Shown: piece by piece, positions 12,504 to 24,879 of the stretch
Numbering within the stretch: position 1 is the first letter of the stretch
Layout: every line of letters begins with the position of its first letter
Origin: Laetmonice hystrix
Taxonomy: Eukaryota
NCBI GenBank assembly: GCA_965235115.1
Contig: OZ249438.1
Span: 22,258,001-22,322,000 of the forward strand
Reading direction: 5' to 3'
Length of the DNA stretch: 64,000 bases
Position numbers and translations under genes: made by a program
The notes under the pieces: generated by a model
Told to the model about the DNA's origin: nothing
Seen by the model: only the letters and a program-made list of their open reading frames with translations
Databases searched by the model: none

Positions 12504-15500
12504 ATTGGAGGACATGAGACTACTGCGGACAGACTGAAGGGGAGGGGGCGCAAACCGGCTGCCTGCCTCGCCGAGCAGATACAACCTGAGGCGCCATGTA
12601 ACGCTGACCAAACAAGACATGCATTTCGATCAATGCCATGTTTGCTGGTCACAGACGGTGCCTTTGAGCAGGGCGCAGTGGACAGCGGTCATCGGGTGTG
12701 AGTGACCGCGGTGGTCGGAGTGAACTCGTCTGGCCCGCTTTCCACTTTCTTTCTTCGGTGCTGCTGTATTCAGCTTCAGTGACATCAGATGGTCAAGGAG
12801 GTTTCCGGTCGACTTGTTGGGAGGTTAGAGAGAAGGACAGGCCAGAGCAGCGCTGGCGATCCGACCTTGGGTCTGCTGTGGTGTGGACCATTGAGAGGGA
12901 CTGTGTACTGTTGGTGGGTGTCCTTGATGAAGGTCAGACGTCGTGGATCCAGCCCTGGGTGGGGCTGGCTGACTGGTTGGCCGGGAGAGGTGCACTGACC
13001 GTGAGCGAGGTGCACCAGTCGAGGCAGTTACAGTTACATTATATGATCGTGGCACAATAACCATGCCAACACGACCGCCAACCTGAACGCCGCGCTGGAC
13101 AATGCAACTGCACCGACGCCCGTCTAGCCTCTGCAGGCATGGGTGGATGAAAACGAGAGAGAGAAACACCATATCAACCCAATGACCTGACTGTTTGTTG
13201 AAAATATCGGACTTTTAATATCCATGGAGTGTGGCATATGGTAAACGGTGTGTACCGAGTGTGGGTGCTAGCCGTTGGGCCGGGCCGACTGACGGGGGCC
13301 GGCTGGCCGGGCCGGCCGGGCCGGGGGGTGGGGGTAGGGGGAGTGGGGGGGGGGGGACGCTGCCGGCCATAACGATCGATACGAGGCGGCACCTTGCTGG
13401 GATCTAGTGGCGTGACGCCTCCGTACTGACCACTCTCACGTCGTGGCGCCACACGCCATGCCGAGCTGCGAGTCCCGCAGCCATGGAATCGTCCGTGTCC
13501 AGCGGCGGCGACTGTTAGAACAGACTGCACGCCACCACCGGCCAGCCCCAGCCCCCAGCCCAAGCCACTACCCGGGCTGTGCACACACTCGGACAGGGCG
13601 CCAATCGGAATTCATTGGCATGTTGCGAATGTTGCGTAATGGCCGCCGAGTAGCATGCAGTGGTACGCGCGTCCCACGCCGGGCAGTGACTCGCCCATAT
13701 CCCGGGGGGTCAGATCGATGGAGGGACGGTCAGCCTCTGTCCCACCCACCCCACCCCCCCGCACCCCCCCGAGCCACCAGGCAGCGCGCACGGTAAGCGG
13801 TCCTGGAACGGCCCCAGGCCGCCAATTGCTAGATGACCACGCCGGTAAACATGACCCGTTAGACGACGTAATGTAAATGGAGTTTTATGGTTGTTTATGT
13901 GTCAATCCGTCTGATCGGGTTAGATCCGGTGTGCTTCACTGCCCGGACAACCCGTCACACGACTGTCACACGGCCTCCACCCATGTCTTGTCTGGGTAAA
14001 TCTGTCCGTAGCCCCGCCTGGAGATTAGCAATGTTCCACCTATCCAATCTCCACTGAGTTATAAGTACTACATGTATAGTGGTAATGTGTATGTACCATA
14101 GTTGGTGAGGATTTCTCTTGCGATCAGCGGTCGAACATTGTGTCCCCCAACATTACCATCCCCAGACCCCCTCCACCTTGACCACGCTTTATTACCACAA
14201 ATATCTCCCCATTACATCTCCTACATTTAGTATTCAGGATCCAAGGAGGAATCCTGTCCGACCTCTGCCCTGTCTATGGACACAGAACGTAGAAGACTGA
14301 GTAAGGGCATGCACGAATACGTGAATAGTGAAAGTTTACGTCATGGGATAAATAGATAATGTTGGGCATTCAAGATCATTGCTGTCCTCCCACCCTTTCT
14401 ATACACACCCTAGGTCCATGACTGTTCTCATTGCGTAATGTCCCATTATGACCTAAACTAGCATGCTTAATTGCCCTTCTCCTTTTATATGCAGCTCTGA
14501 AGTATATACAAACATGCTCGATTCTAAATGATTGCCTTTGTCCCCTGTGCCCCATGCTCTGGGTAGGACCAGAACCCCGAGTGGAGACTGGTGGAGAGCC
14601 CAGCGGCTGAAGATGTTTTAAACACAGACAGGGTTGTAACTAGTGTGAAAACAGGTCTGGGGCGCATACTGTATAGCAAGACGAAGCCCTGTAAGCGAAG
14701 CCAGTCTCTGTGAATGAACCGCCAGTCTGCCTTGCCACTACATTGAGCCGTACCCTCCAACAAACCATTTGATCTGCTTCCGTTTTTTGTGGGTGAGGCG
14801 GTTCTCTTTACGTTCAGACAGAAGATCACGGTTATGTGCCATGAGATAAAAAGGTTAATTTCTTAGGCAGGATCAGGTTGGCCTGTCATTGATTATGACT
14901 CATACTAATGATTGCGCTCATCAGATTGTATATATGTAAGACAAAAACATGCCCGGCCCAACGCTGCCGTTTATAGAGGTTATGTGACATGCACGTCACT
15001 TAACATGCGGCGACCAGATCCCGTACCACGTACCACCTGGGAGGACGAACCAATTTTACTATCTTACTACCTATCTTACTACCGCCAAAACATACTGAAT
15101 TAACGTCAACAATTACAACAATACTACACAAATAAAAACAAAGTAGAACCACTCGAATGAGGTTTTTTTTAAACCGTATTGTCAGTCAACCGAGACTTAA
15201 TGATCACTGAAACAACGTTTTGTTTCTTTAAGGAACTAGCAAAGGTTATCAAGGACATACAGAAGAGTCTTTGTCATGATTCCAATGCTGTATGTAGCCA
15301 TACGTAAATGATCACTAACCTAGACCTACACACCATATTTTTTTCGTGAACAATTTTGTACAATTTAATTGAAGAGGCTCACGTCTTTGTAACTTCGGTG
15401 AAACCTCTTACTTGGTTAATATGAAATACAAATTTTCAACAGATATGAATATGTTAGTTTTTTTTATGTGGCACACTGTAAGGAGACTACATAGAGAGAA

Positions 15501-16549
15501 AGAGAAGAGAACGGCCTGCATCTGGCCCAGTCAGGTAGTCTCGGGGAGGGGTTACCAGGAGCTTTTAAATCTGCCCCTCCAGGCGTCAGTCATTGTGTCA
15601 TGTTTCCTCTGATTACACCTCAGTATATCCAAGCGATTCGGCCATTATCACTGATTGTGGTATGTTTCTAAGGTTGGCTGGCGGATTATCCTTTGTCAGA
15701 GACAACTATGTTCCAAAAGTTTCGATCTCCACGCCTAAGTTCTCCTCCTGGCCGGCGTCTATATTGACGTATATCCTCAAAGTAACAATGCCCCATTATC
15801 CTCCGCCATCCGTGGCCTGTTTGTATTAGTGTATGCAGTCATTACGGGGGTAACGGGTTCATATAGGTGTGCCCAGTCTCCCAATGGCCTCAAGTTTTCT
15901 AGTCCTCTGTAAATCGGCACTCAAAAGACCGCCTTACGGGGCACGGTCAAAATGGAGACATTTCTACATGAAACGTTTCCGTCCGAATCAATGAATCGCT
16001 GTCTATAATGCAACCGGAGTAGAGCATTTTCTTTTTGAGATTTGCAATTCTACATCCGCCCGCTTTGGACTTCGCTTCAGACGACGGCGCTGAGGGGTCG
16101 ATGAACGCACATTTCATGTCCCTGAACCCACCCCCACCCCCACGCAGACACACCTGAAGAAAAGTTAAATCTTTAGTGCTTAGTAAGAAAGGGCCAGAGA
16201 TTGGTCATTGTTGGTAGAATGTTAACGAGGTATACGAAAGTCTTTCGGCGGGGAAACTTCTGAATGTCACGAGGGTGTACATTGACTGCGGCTTTGAATG
16301 CTCCTTTTGATTGCAGTAAATAGCGGATGTAGTTCCCAAGATAATGACGATGGAGGCACACGTCTAAGATAACATCGGAAACTGTGGCGATCCTCTGTCG
16401 TCTCCCGCGTCCACACAGAATTCGTCATAATCGCCTTAAATGTGTTCATCGCAGTCTCCATGAAAAAAACCTATGGACATTTCCATGGACAGTTACAATT
16501 GTGAGTTGTTCGACATTAAGAAAAGGGCATAGAGGCAAACGTATACCTC

Positions 16550-17101
16550 AGACTGTGTTTGTGAGGGTACGTATTGACATAAGACTGTGTTTGTGAGGGC
16601 ACGTATTGACATAAGACTGTGTTTGTGAGGGCACGTATTGACCTAAGACTGTGTTTGTGAGGGCACGTATTGACATAAGACTGTGTTTGTGAGGGCACGT
16701 ATTGACCTGACTGTGTTTGTGAGGGCACGTATTGACCTAAGACTGCGTGTGTGAGGGCACGTATTGACCTAAGACTGTGTGTGTGAGGGCACGTATTGAC
16801 CTAAGACTGTGTTTGTGAGGGCACGTATTGACATAAGACTGTTTGTGAGGGCACGTATTGACCTAAGACTGTGTTTGTGAGGGCACATATTGACCTAAGA
16901 CTGTGTTTGTGAGGGCACGTATTGACCTAAGACTGTTTGTGAGGGCACGTATTGACCTAATACTGTGTTTGTGAGGGCACGTATTGACCTAAGACTGTGT
17001 TTGTGAGGGCACGTATTGACCTAAGACTGTGTTTGTGAGGGCACGTATTGACCTAAGACTGTGTTTGTGAGGGCACGTATTGACCTAAGACTGTGTTTGT
17101 G
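16550..17101. repeat. Minisatellite, 32-bp unit, about 17 copies
   Basis: Unit AGACTGTGTTTGTGAGGGCACGTATTGACCTA, with 30-bp and point variants. Confidence 0.97.
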
Positions 17102-17301
17102 CTATGTTCTTTCTGCATGATTAACACTGCTGCATTCTCACATTCTCTTACTCGTATCTTCTGTACAATTCCTTCCACAGTTCAGTTTGCAAACCAAGCG
17201 CTTGCTGTAACTCTCGAGTGTCCCCTGGCGGGAATCGTTAAAATTAACTCAACTCGTGTCGCGGAACGCAACGGCAACTTCCGGTTGGAGATTCGCCGTG
17301 A

Positions 17302-17548
17302 ACATTACCATATCCATGTAACATCTTCAGACTCGATTGTTTCACCTAACACATTACCATATCCATGTAACATCTTCAGACTCGATTGTTTCACCTAACA
17401 CATTACCATATCCATGTAACATCTTCAGACTCGATTGTTTCACCTAACACATTACCATATCCATGTAACATCTTCAGACTCGATTGTTTCACCTAACACA
17501 TTACCATATCCATGTAACATCTTCAGACTCGATTGCTTCACCTAACAC
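17302..17548. repeat. Minisatellite, 49-bp unit, 5 copies
   Basis: Unit ACATTACCATATCCATGTAACATCTTCAGACTCGATTGTTTCACCTAAC; one substitution in the last copy. Confidence 0.97.
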
Positions 17549-20500
17549 GGCTATGCTTCACATAACGTTTTATTTTAAATGTACTCATAAAATAGAGATC
17601 TTCGCAATAATGTTCAAATTAAATATATAATATTACAATAATTACACAATTAGACCTGCTATGATATAGAGCACATACTAGCCTAAACGCTGACCATATA
17701 ATGTTAGGACGAGGGCACGTATTGACGGGGCAGGGACGGATCAAGCACGTATAAAGTCGGGGGGTTTGAGGCACACACGTCCTATGTAGACTGAGGCCAG
17801 TCGGCCTCGGCCAAAGCTTTCCGACGAATCGACTTTGGCCGCACGGACGCTGTCCATAGTGGGCTCCAGCCATCGACAAACCGCCACTAAGCCGCCATCA
17901 TCCCACTCCGTGTTATCTTCATCCCCCTCAATGGCCAGTTTCATAAATTTTCATTAATATTGATAAATGTCTTTTTGATCTAGGATTACCCCTTGTTTCC
18001 CTCTGCTATCCGCCACCAACCCTACGGATGGAATCATAATGATGTCCAGCCTCATTGATCTCCAATTGCGTTTCGCTGGACGACATTTTGATGTTGTCCA
18101 GTGGGCCCTTGTTGAACCTATCGACTCTTCTCGCCATGATATTAGAAAGGAGACTACGTCTAGATTTACATGCTATGATTGCTGGGGTTAACGTTTGGGA
18201 AAAACCACAGGACGAAAATAGTAACCATTACAATATATGTTTATTGACTTTGACGTGTACTTGGTACAATCATACAAATATTGACATCTTAAATACATTC
18301 ATAAGCTGAAACTAAAACCTTTAGTACATTACATGTACAGGTACGGTGAAAATAAATTAACACGGGCACGGGCGCGTACAGACCACCAACACATCCACAC
18401 AAGCATTTAGTTAGCTTGCTTCTCTCTTCAACTAGCAGCAAGTATAATAATAAATGCGTTGATAATGGCACAAGCGTGAAGCATTGTAAACGTCTAATTG
18501 TGCCCCCTCTACCTAAGGGAGGCTCTCTCTACACGAATGAAGCACGTACAAGGTTGTGGTCTGTTGTCGTTTTAGTATGGCCCCGCCTGGGTCGCCACAA
18601 CCCATCAGTGCGCATGCTCGCTGAATTGCGCATGCTCGCTGCCCACGTCCGGCAAACACTGTCGGCGCGCAACAACAACCCAATGCTGCATAAAATTTAA
18701 CAAAATAGATATTGATGTAATTCCGCCTCTAGTATTACCAACCATGGGGTTGCCAAACTCGTCCCACGTCACTGGAGTTAGTACCAATGTACAGTCACAA
18801 CATAACACTTCAATGGCGAGTATAGTAACAGAAAAAAAATCAGTGCAAGAGCTGACAAACGCCTGATTACTTATCGGGTAGGGCCGCCTCGCCAGTCGAG
18901 AGACAGTACTTCCTGCGTGTTTGTTCGAGTCCAAATACAAACTAGCAAAATATATACGAACAAATTGTTCTCCATTGCAAAATATAACTATGCTGACAAA
19001 ACAAGAAATCTATAATTCCTGAATTATATAACAATTTTTCACATTTGGTAAAAAGTATGAAAATGCAAATAATTTCACTGTCATCTTTAATGCCCTCCTG
19101 AATATGAAATGCATGCACTATGAACGATGGCAAAAATACGTTTGCATGTTATTAGCGTACTGCTTGAAGGTTAAGCGCTTGCATGGTCTCTTGTCTGTTA
19201 TGAGATCAAACTAGTTAGGCAACGTCATAGATGCGAAAGCATGTGCTTTTTATACATGGAGGTCAGCGCCATGCTTTCCCATCTTGACGTGTTGAGCGCA
19301 ATGCATAAAAGCGGCCAAGGTCGCCCTATGACGGAGAGTAGCATTTACATTTACTCAGGTCAAACCAACGCCACTGCCGCCATTCGTACATTTCTTAGTC
19401 CTGAACATGCAGGCCTTCATGGCCGGCCTTTTGTCAATTGAAGAGTACATATCGTCTATAAAACACAGGCTTCAAAACCCTTGGTATAATCATTTGTTTT
19501 TCTCTATGATGTGGCTGTTATGAGACATTGCAAAAATATACACAATTGGTTATAAACTAAAAACTGTGGTTATACACTTGTTTAAGTCATACGTCGAGCT
19601 GTGACGGGTTGGAGGGAGGCCCCAACATTTCGTTGTAAATCATACTCGTACTCAATGAACTGCAGATTGTCATTTACCCTGACTATCATCAAGAAAGACA
19701 TTGTACCCAAAGACTGTACTCCCCTGGCAGGCTTTACATACGTGCCTACTGTGTGCTGGTACTTCTCCAGTGACTTAGGCGCGGGTCACACACCCGATAA
19801 TTCGAGAATAGTTTTCTAATTTATTTTCAAAAATACAATAACACTTTTGGCATGGGATATGCTTCGGGAAGCCGATATCCTTTATAACAGCGAAACGCAG
19901 TTTATGGAAAAGCTTTGATCATCATATTCACAAATGTCCGGATCATTTATGAAACCTTACATACAAAAGATCCTTAAAACTTTTTAAGACCACTTTCAGG
20001 AATTCCTGCGGCATGCCTTTTCCGGATTCCTTTCTTGACTGCTGACTGAGAGAATCAGAAGATAATAAAACCGTTTAGTCATATTAAGACTGCCCAAAAA
20101 TAAGCACCAGTTGACCTTATTCATATACGCTTCATGAGAGCAAAGTTCACGACAGTGTAGGCCATTTAATTAAGGGGGAAACCTACTTCTATAAACTGGA
20201 CTTGTGAAATCCGTCCAACTTACACATTTGGGCTTGATTAAGCACCTTGGACGTACATGACAGAGATCCTGCGTGCACCAAACATACAGTGGGCTTCACT
20301 TAGAGAGAGATGGGGAATGGAGGTTGAGAGATTGAGAGACCACAATGAACAGTAAGAATGGGATTCACTGTACCTATATAAAGACTGGGCTTGGACGCTT
20401 AAAGGATGACCTCCTCGGAAACGGCAACTCTAAACGTACGGATTGACCATCGTGTCTATAAGCTATCTACAATCTCCTAAATATGCCACCGTCCGCATAC

Positions 20501-21488
20501 TAAGGTTTTCCCAATGACACAAACACATTCTAGTCTCGGTATGTATTCATCGATGTCAAAATATTCACAATAACATGGAAATGCATTAGTATGTCTACTG
20601 TTAATATAGTCTTCTCCCAAGATTTCAGTAGAGTACACAGTATCATATTTCGATGTCTTGTCATTCGTTATATTCCATAACAAATGGCTCTTTCCTCGTC
20701 ATCATAAAAACAAAGTCACGAGTGTCTCCTTTGTTTTGTCCTGGCCCAGTGAAAGAGGTCTGTCAAAAATACTATGCAATAAATATATTGCACATATTTT
20801 CATTTATAAAACCCGTTGTTTAGACTGCAGGGCACAGTGTCGTTTAGGAAAGCACTTTCATTACAACACAAATTAGTGTGTAAGCCCTTTTTTCATGCCC
20901 GAAGGTCAAACTGAACTGCCCTAACCTATGGACCACATGAAGGACCCTGAACTTCACAACACCAGAAACAGGGGTTTCTCTTTTGTATACACCTGATGAC
21001 AACAAGTGCGCCAAGTCATGCTAGCCCAGCCATCAACAAGTATTTCGTTGTATGCACTGCTTTTTTGCTTTCTTTTTGGGGGGAGGAGGGGGGGCGATAG
21101 AAATTCCTGGCTTTCCCGATACACTTTGCACCTCCAAACGTAACACGCGTTTCGTTACATGCTCGTTGCTCTCTTGTTATGAAATAAACAAACACAAATA
21201 AACAATGGGGCGGGGAAATGAACAAGCTTGATATGTCAACAATGCTGTTAGATAATAAACCCCTCTTTGTATGCAAGACACGGACTATCAGTAGGTTATC
21301 TTCATCATGGGACACTCAATATGAGACCAAACCATTCGATGGGACTGCTCGTAGACAATTTGGCAGCAGACAAGACTTAGAGTGCTGGACTGCGGGACTT
21401 TCTGATTTTTTTTTCACCTTTTTTCCTTTTGAAAAAGTCTCTCCTCAAAGCTTTGATATGAATGAATCATCTGCCGATCTCATATGGT

Positions 21489-21545
21489 ATGGTTGCATGT
21501 TGGCTGCTGGTGCTCTGGTTGACGACGCTCTCTGGTGGTGCTGGT

Positions 21546-21594
<49 letters not shown>

Positions 21595-21618
21595 CAAACT
21601 CTTTCGACAATCTCCAAG
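21489..21618 (+). CDS. Putative first coding exon of an unknown secreted protein (signal-peptide-like leader plus poly-Ser)
   Basis: ATG at 21489 gives MVACWLLVLWLTTLSGGAG-(S)15-RTNSFDNLQ, ending at a strong donor CAAG/GTGAGG (intron starts 21619, phase 1). A polypyrimidine tract lies at about 21403-21430. No homology recognised and downstream exons are uncertain. Confidence 0.25.
21546..21590 (+). repeat. (AGC)15 microsatellite
   Basis: 15 perfect AGC units. Confidence 0.98.
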
Positions 21619-24600
21619 GTGAGGCTCTCGAATGGAGGGCACGGGATCTCAGTTGCCAGTCATAGAGTGAGTCTGATGCCAAAACTTCTGAAAGCAACTA
21701 CCTAAAAATATCCTCATCATTATCATGATAATGATGATTATCCAGTTAGCATATGTAACAGTTTTAGTACATAATACCCTGAACAGTTGAGCTTTCTACG
21801 GTATAATAAACCATTTGCTGCACGTGCATTTATATACCAAGTGCACAGGCTACTGAATTATTATACAATGTACTATGAGGGCTCTCAACAGTGACAACGG
21901 AGCAAGGTATTCACTTCTACCACACACGAGTCAGGCTATTCCACCGGCCATTTCAGTTGGTCTGGATTGTCATTTTTTAATCATGCGACTTCTCTTTCAT
22001 ACCCAATTATACACGTAACCATGCACACCTATTTGATTATTTATACACATTTTGTTAGCATGGGATTTTCCCGAGACTGCAGGCTAGTTTCAGACCGTCA
22101 AATCGCCGCTCAAGAAACACCACTGAATCCGTTATTCATGACGTAGCTGACGTGGACATGATGACGTAGATCCCCGATAATTTTGAATGCTATGTGTGAG
22201 TGAGTTTCAGACAGCGGGAGTGGCCACACTGACACCAGAACCAGTCTGTCCATACTGCCCGGTGTAAACCTTCTCCAAGCTCCTGCTGACTTCCTACCAC
22301 AGCTGCCTGCCTGTACGAGGCCGCCGTGTCACAACCTCTCTCCCTCACAATCCGACCAGCCTGATGAATTTCCAAATATGATCAGCACTTAAGCCATCAG
22401 GGAGTGAGTGGCCAGGAGGTACAAGTGGGCCTCACCTTACGTGTCAGCCTGGACAAATTTCATTTTTCTCCCGGCGCAATTTGGCTTGCAAGACCACAGT
22501 CTGTCAGAGCGGTTGATGTGGACTGCGGGCACTGGAGTGGTTCGGGCACGGAGGGTGGGGGGCTGTCCACGCGTTCCACCCAGCAACTACCGCATCCAAA
22601 TCATTGACACGACAGTGGTCGATGTCAAAGATGCGCTGGTTGGGTCTGTTCAATTCACTGGCCCGGCCATCCCCAAGATCCGCCGTGTCAGCCCTGATTG
22701 ATTAGTTTCTCTGGCCTCGTCCGTCGACCTCGTCAGTGGCAGGCGTCACTCGGCTGGTCGGAGCGAGTGAGCCCCACCTTCGTGAACTGTGTCCACGCGA
22801 GGTGAACTCGCCCGTGCCTCTCACCAATTTACTGTTTCTTGTCATGCAAACCGGCCAAGACTTGCAAGCACCGTCTCTCTGTCCCTTCTAATGCCCTCAT
22901 TGCCTTTCTTCCCCTCGTCCTTCTCTTCCTGTCTGCCCACGACACTTGTTGATGGCATGCAAGTACGTTTCTAGCACCAAACGCACGACACCATGGCCAC
23001 TTATTTGTAGTATTCATCAATTCAAAAATCGACCGAAGGTCAATCGGCTCACTTCTTTTCTTCTCTCATACCGTCTATCTCTGCTCTTTTCTCAATGCCC
23101 CCTCCCTCACCCTCTCCGCTTCTCTCGGTATCAGTGAATATTTTGAAACATTTCCGAAAAACCGGCTGTTTCAAGTGGTTAATCTGGCCGCCTGTCGAAC
23201 GCCACAGTTTGGTGGTATTTTTGAGCTCACCAAGGATGAAGCCAGCCGGCCTAATCCTCTCTCAGTGAACAATCAGTCCCCGAGAGTCCAATGAATTTCT
23301 CCCGCAAAATTAACCTTGTACTTCATGAAGTGATTTTAAAATCAAATTTCAATTAGGAAAACACTTGAATTATTTAGAAAAGCGCGTTGTCTTTTTCTCT
23401 CTGATCGTCTGTCTCGGTGTGTTTCTACAAGCTCGTTCGACGTGTTCTTCCCGGCGGGATGATGCGTGTTGAGACGACGCCGAGATGTGAAGCAGCGTGC
23501 ATGGCGGGGCTTTTAGAGCGCCGTCTCTATCACCACGTCCAGTCTGACTGCCTCCGGCCGCTCATTTAGTCTGGCCGTCCGTGGCCGTCCTAAAGGTGGA
23601 GAGGACTGACCTGGCTGGCCGGGCTAGGAGGACTCTCTGATCTCTTGTTAGCAGTCGTTAGGTGACGGAACACTTGTTGGAACACCAGGCTACGTCTAAC
23701 GTTACGAGGCCGGCCTGGGGGGTCAACCTGTCCTCCGCTGAGGTTGATGGCCTCTGATGACAACTGGTGACTTCAGCAACCAACCGTTTGCCTCCGCAGT
23801 CGCCATCAAACGCACCATTGACATTTTCTACGTCCTATTATTCTATGATTGCGGGGCTATTACATGGAGTGGGTACTTGCACGGCAGAATCACGGCAGCC
23901 GCCCTGCCAGCAGTCGGTTTGACTCCAATAACAGATGATGCTCATAAACTTTGGACTTGGCCATGGCCAGAGATGGCGATCGTGACCAGGAGGTTCGCTT
24001 GCTGCCAGCTAAAACCTTTTGAAGCCGGTCCTCACACAACCTTGCATGGCAGGCTAAAGGAGCCTTTGGAGTCTGCCAGACCGGCAACAGGGCTTGCCAC
24101 CAGAGTCCCACAGGCAATTGGAACTGTCGTCGGAGTTTTTTCCGTCATAAGCGGAGCCTGTGTCTCGTTGTCTGTGCATGCCCTCCGCTCCCCAGGTGTA
24201 AGCAGTGGCGGAGGCTGACATTGCAGGTAGGGGTGTGGCCGGGGGCTGCTGGAGGACTCGAGGATGGTGGGGTGGGGGTAACAGAGTTTGGTGAACTCGT
24301 CTTGCTAACACACAACCCGCTAACGGTAGGCCGGTGGCGAGTTGGTGGCAGGTTTCCCTGTCCCCACGCAACCTGGGCCCCACGGTCCCCGCGCCACGAG
24401 TCTTCAAGTCGCTGTACTGTCCATGGTCGCGGGGCATGTCTGCGAGGGCTTTTGGACAGGGGCGTCCCCTGCCCTCCTCCTGCCCCGCTGGCCCCCCACC
24501 TGTCCATGCTGCCAGGCCTTTGTGTGTGAGACAAACAGCACCTGGGACGGGGCCAGATCAAAGGCCGTGCCCAGGTGCGCGCCTACCTGCGCCGCTGGTG

Positions 24601-24879
24601 GCCCTGGTGGCTTCCCATCCGAGTGAGCATGGTGGAGCCGGCGGCAGGGGTGGCAGCCAGGACCTGACGGCAGGCGGCGGCTTGACGGCGAATTGGCCGC
24701 TGGACACGGCCGGCCTCAGCGCCTGCTGGCCCGCCGTCAAAGGTCACTCCCACAGACACGGTAGTTGTGACGTCAAGGGCAAGCCGACAGGAAGTGCGCA
24801 ACGTGTCGCCAGTCTCCCTACCACAGCAAGGCCAGTCCCGGTTTGGGTACTCAATAATATGGCATCATGTACATCGACT

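Noticed and set aside
12244-12652. Poly-Val and poly-Ser ORFs on the minus strand
   Set aside because: Translations of the (ACT)n microsatellite
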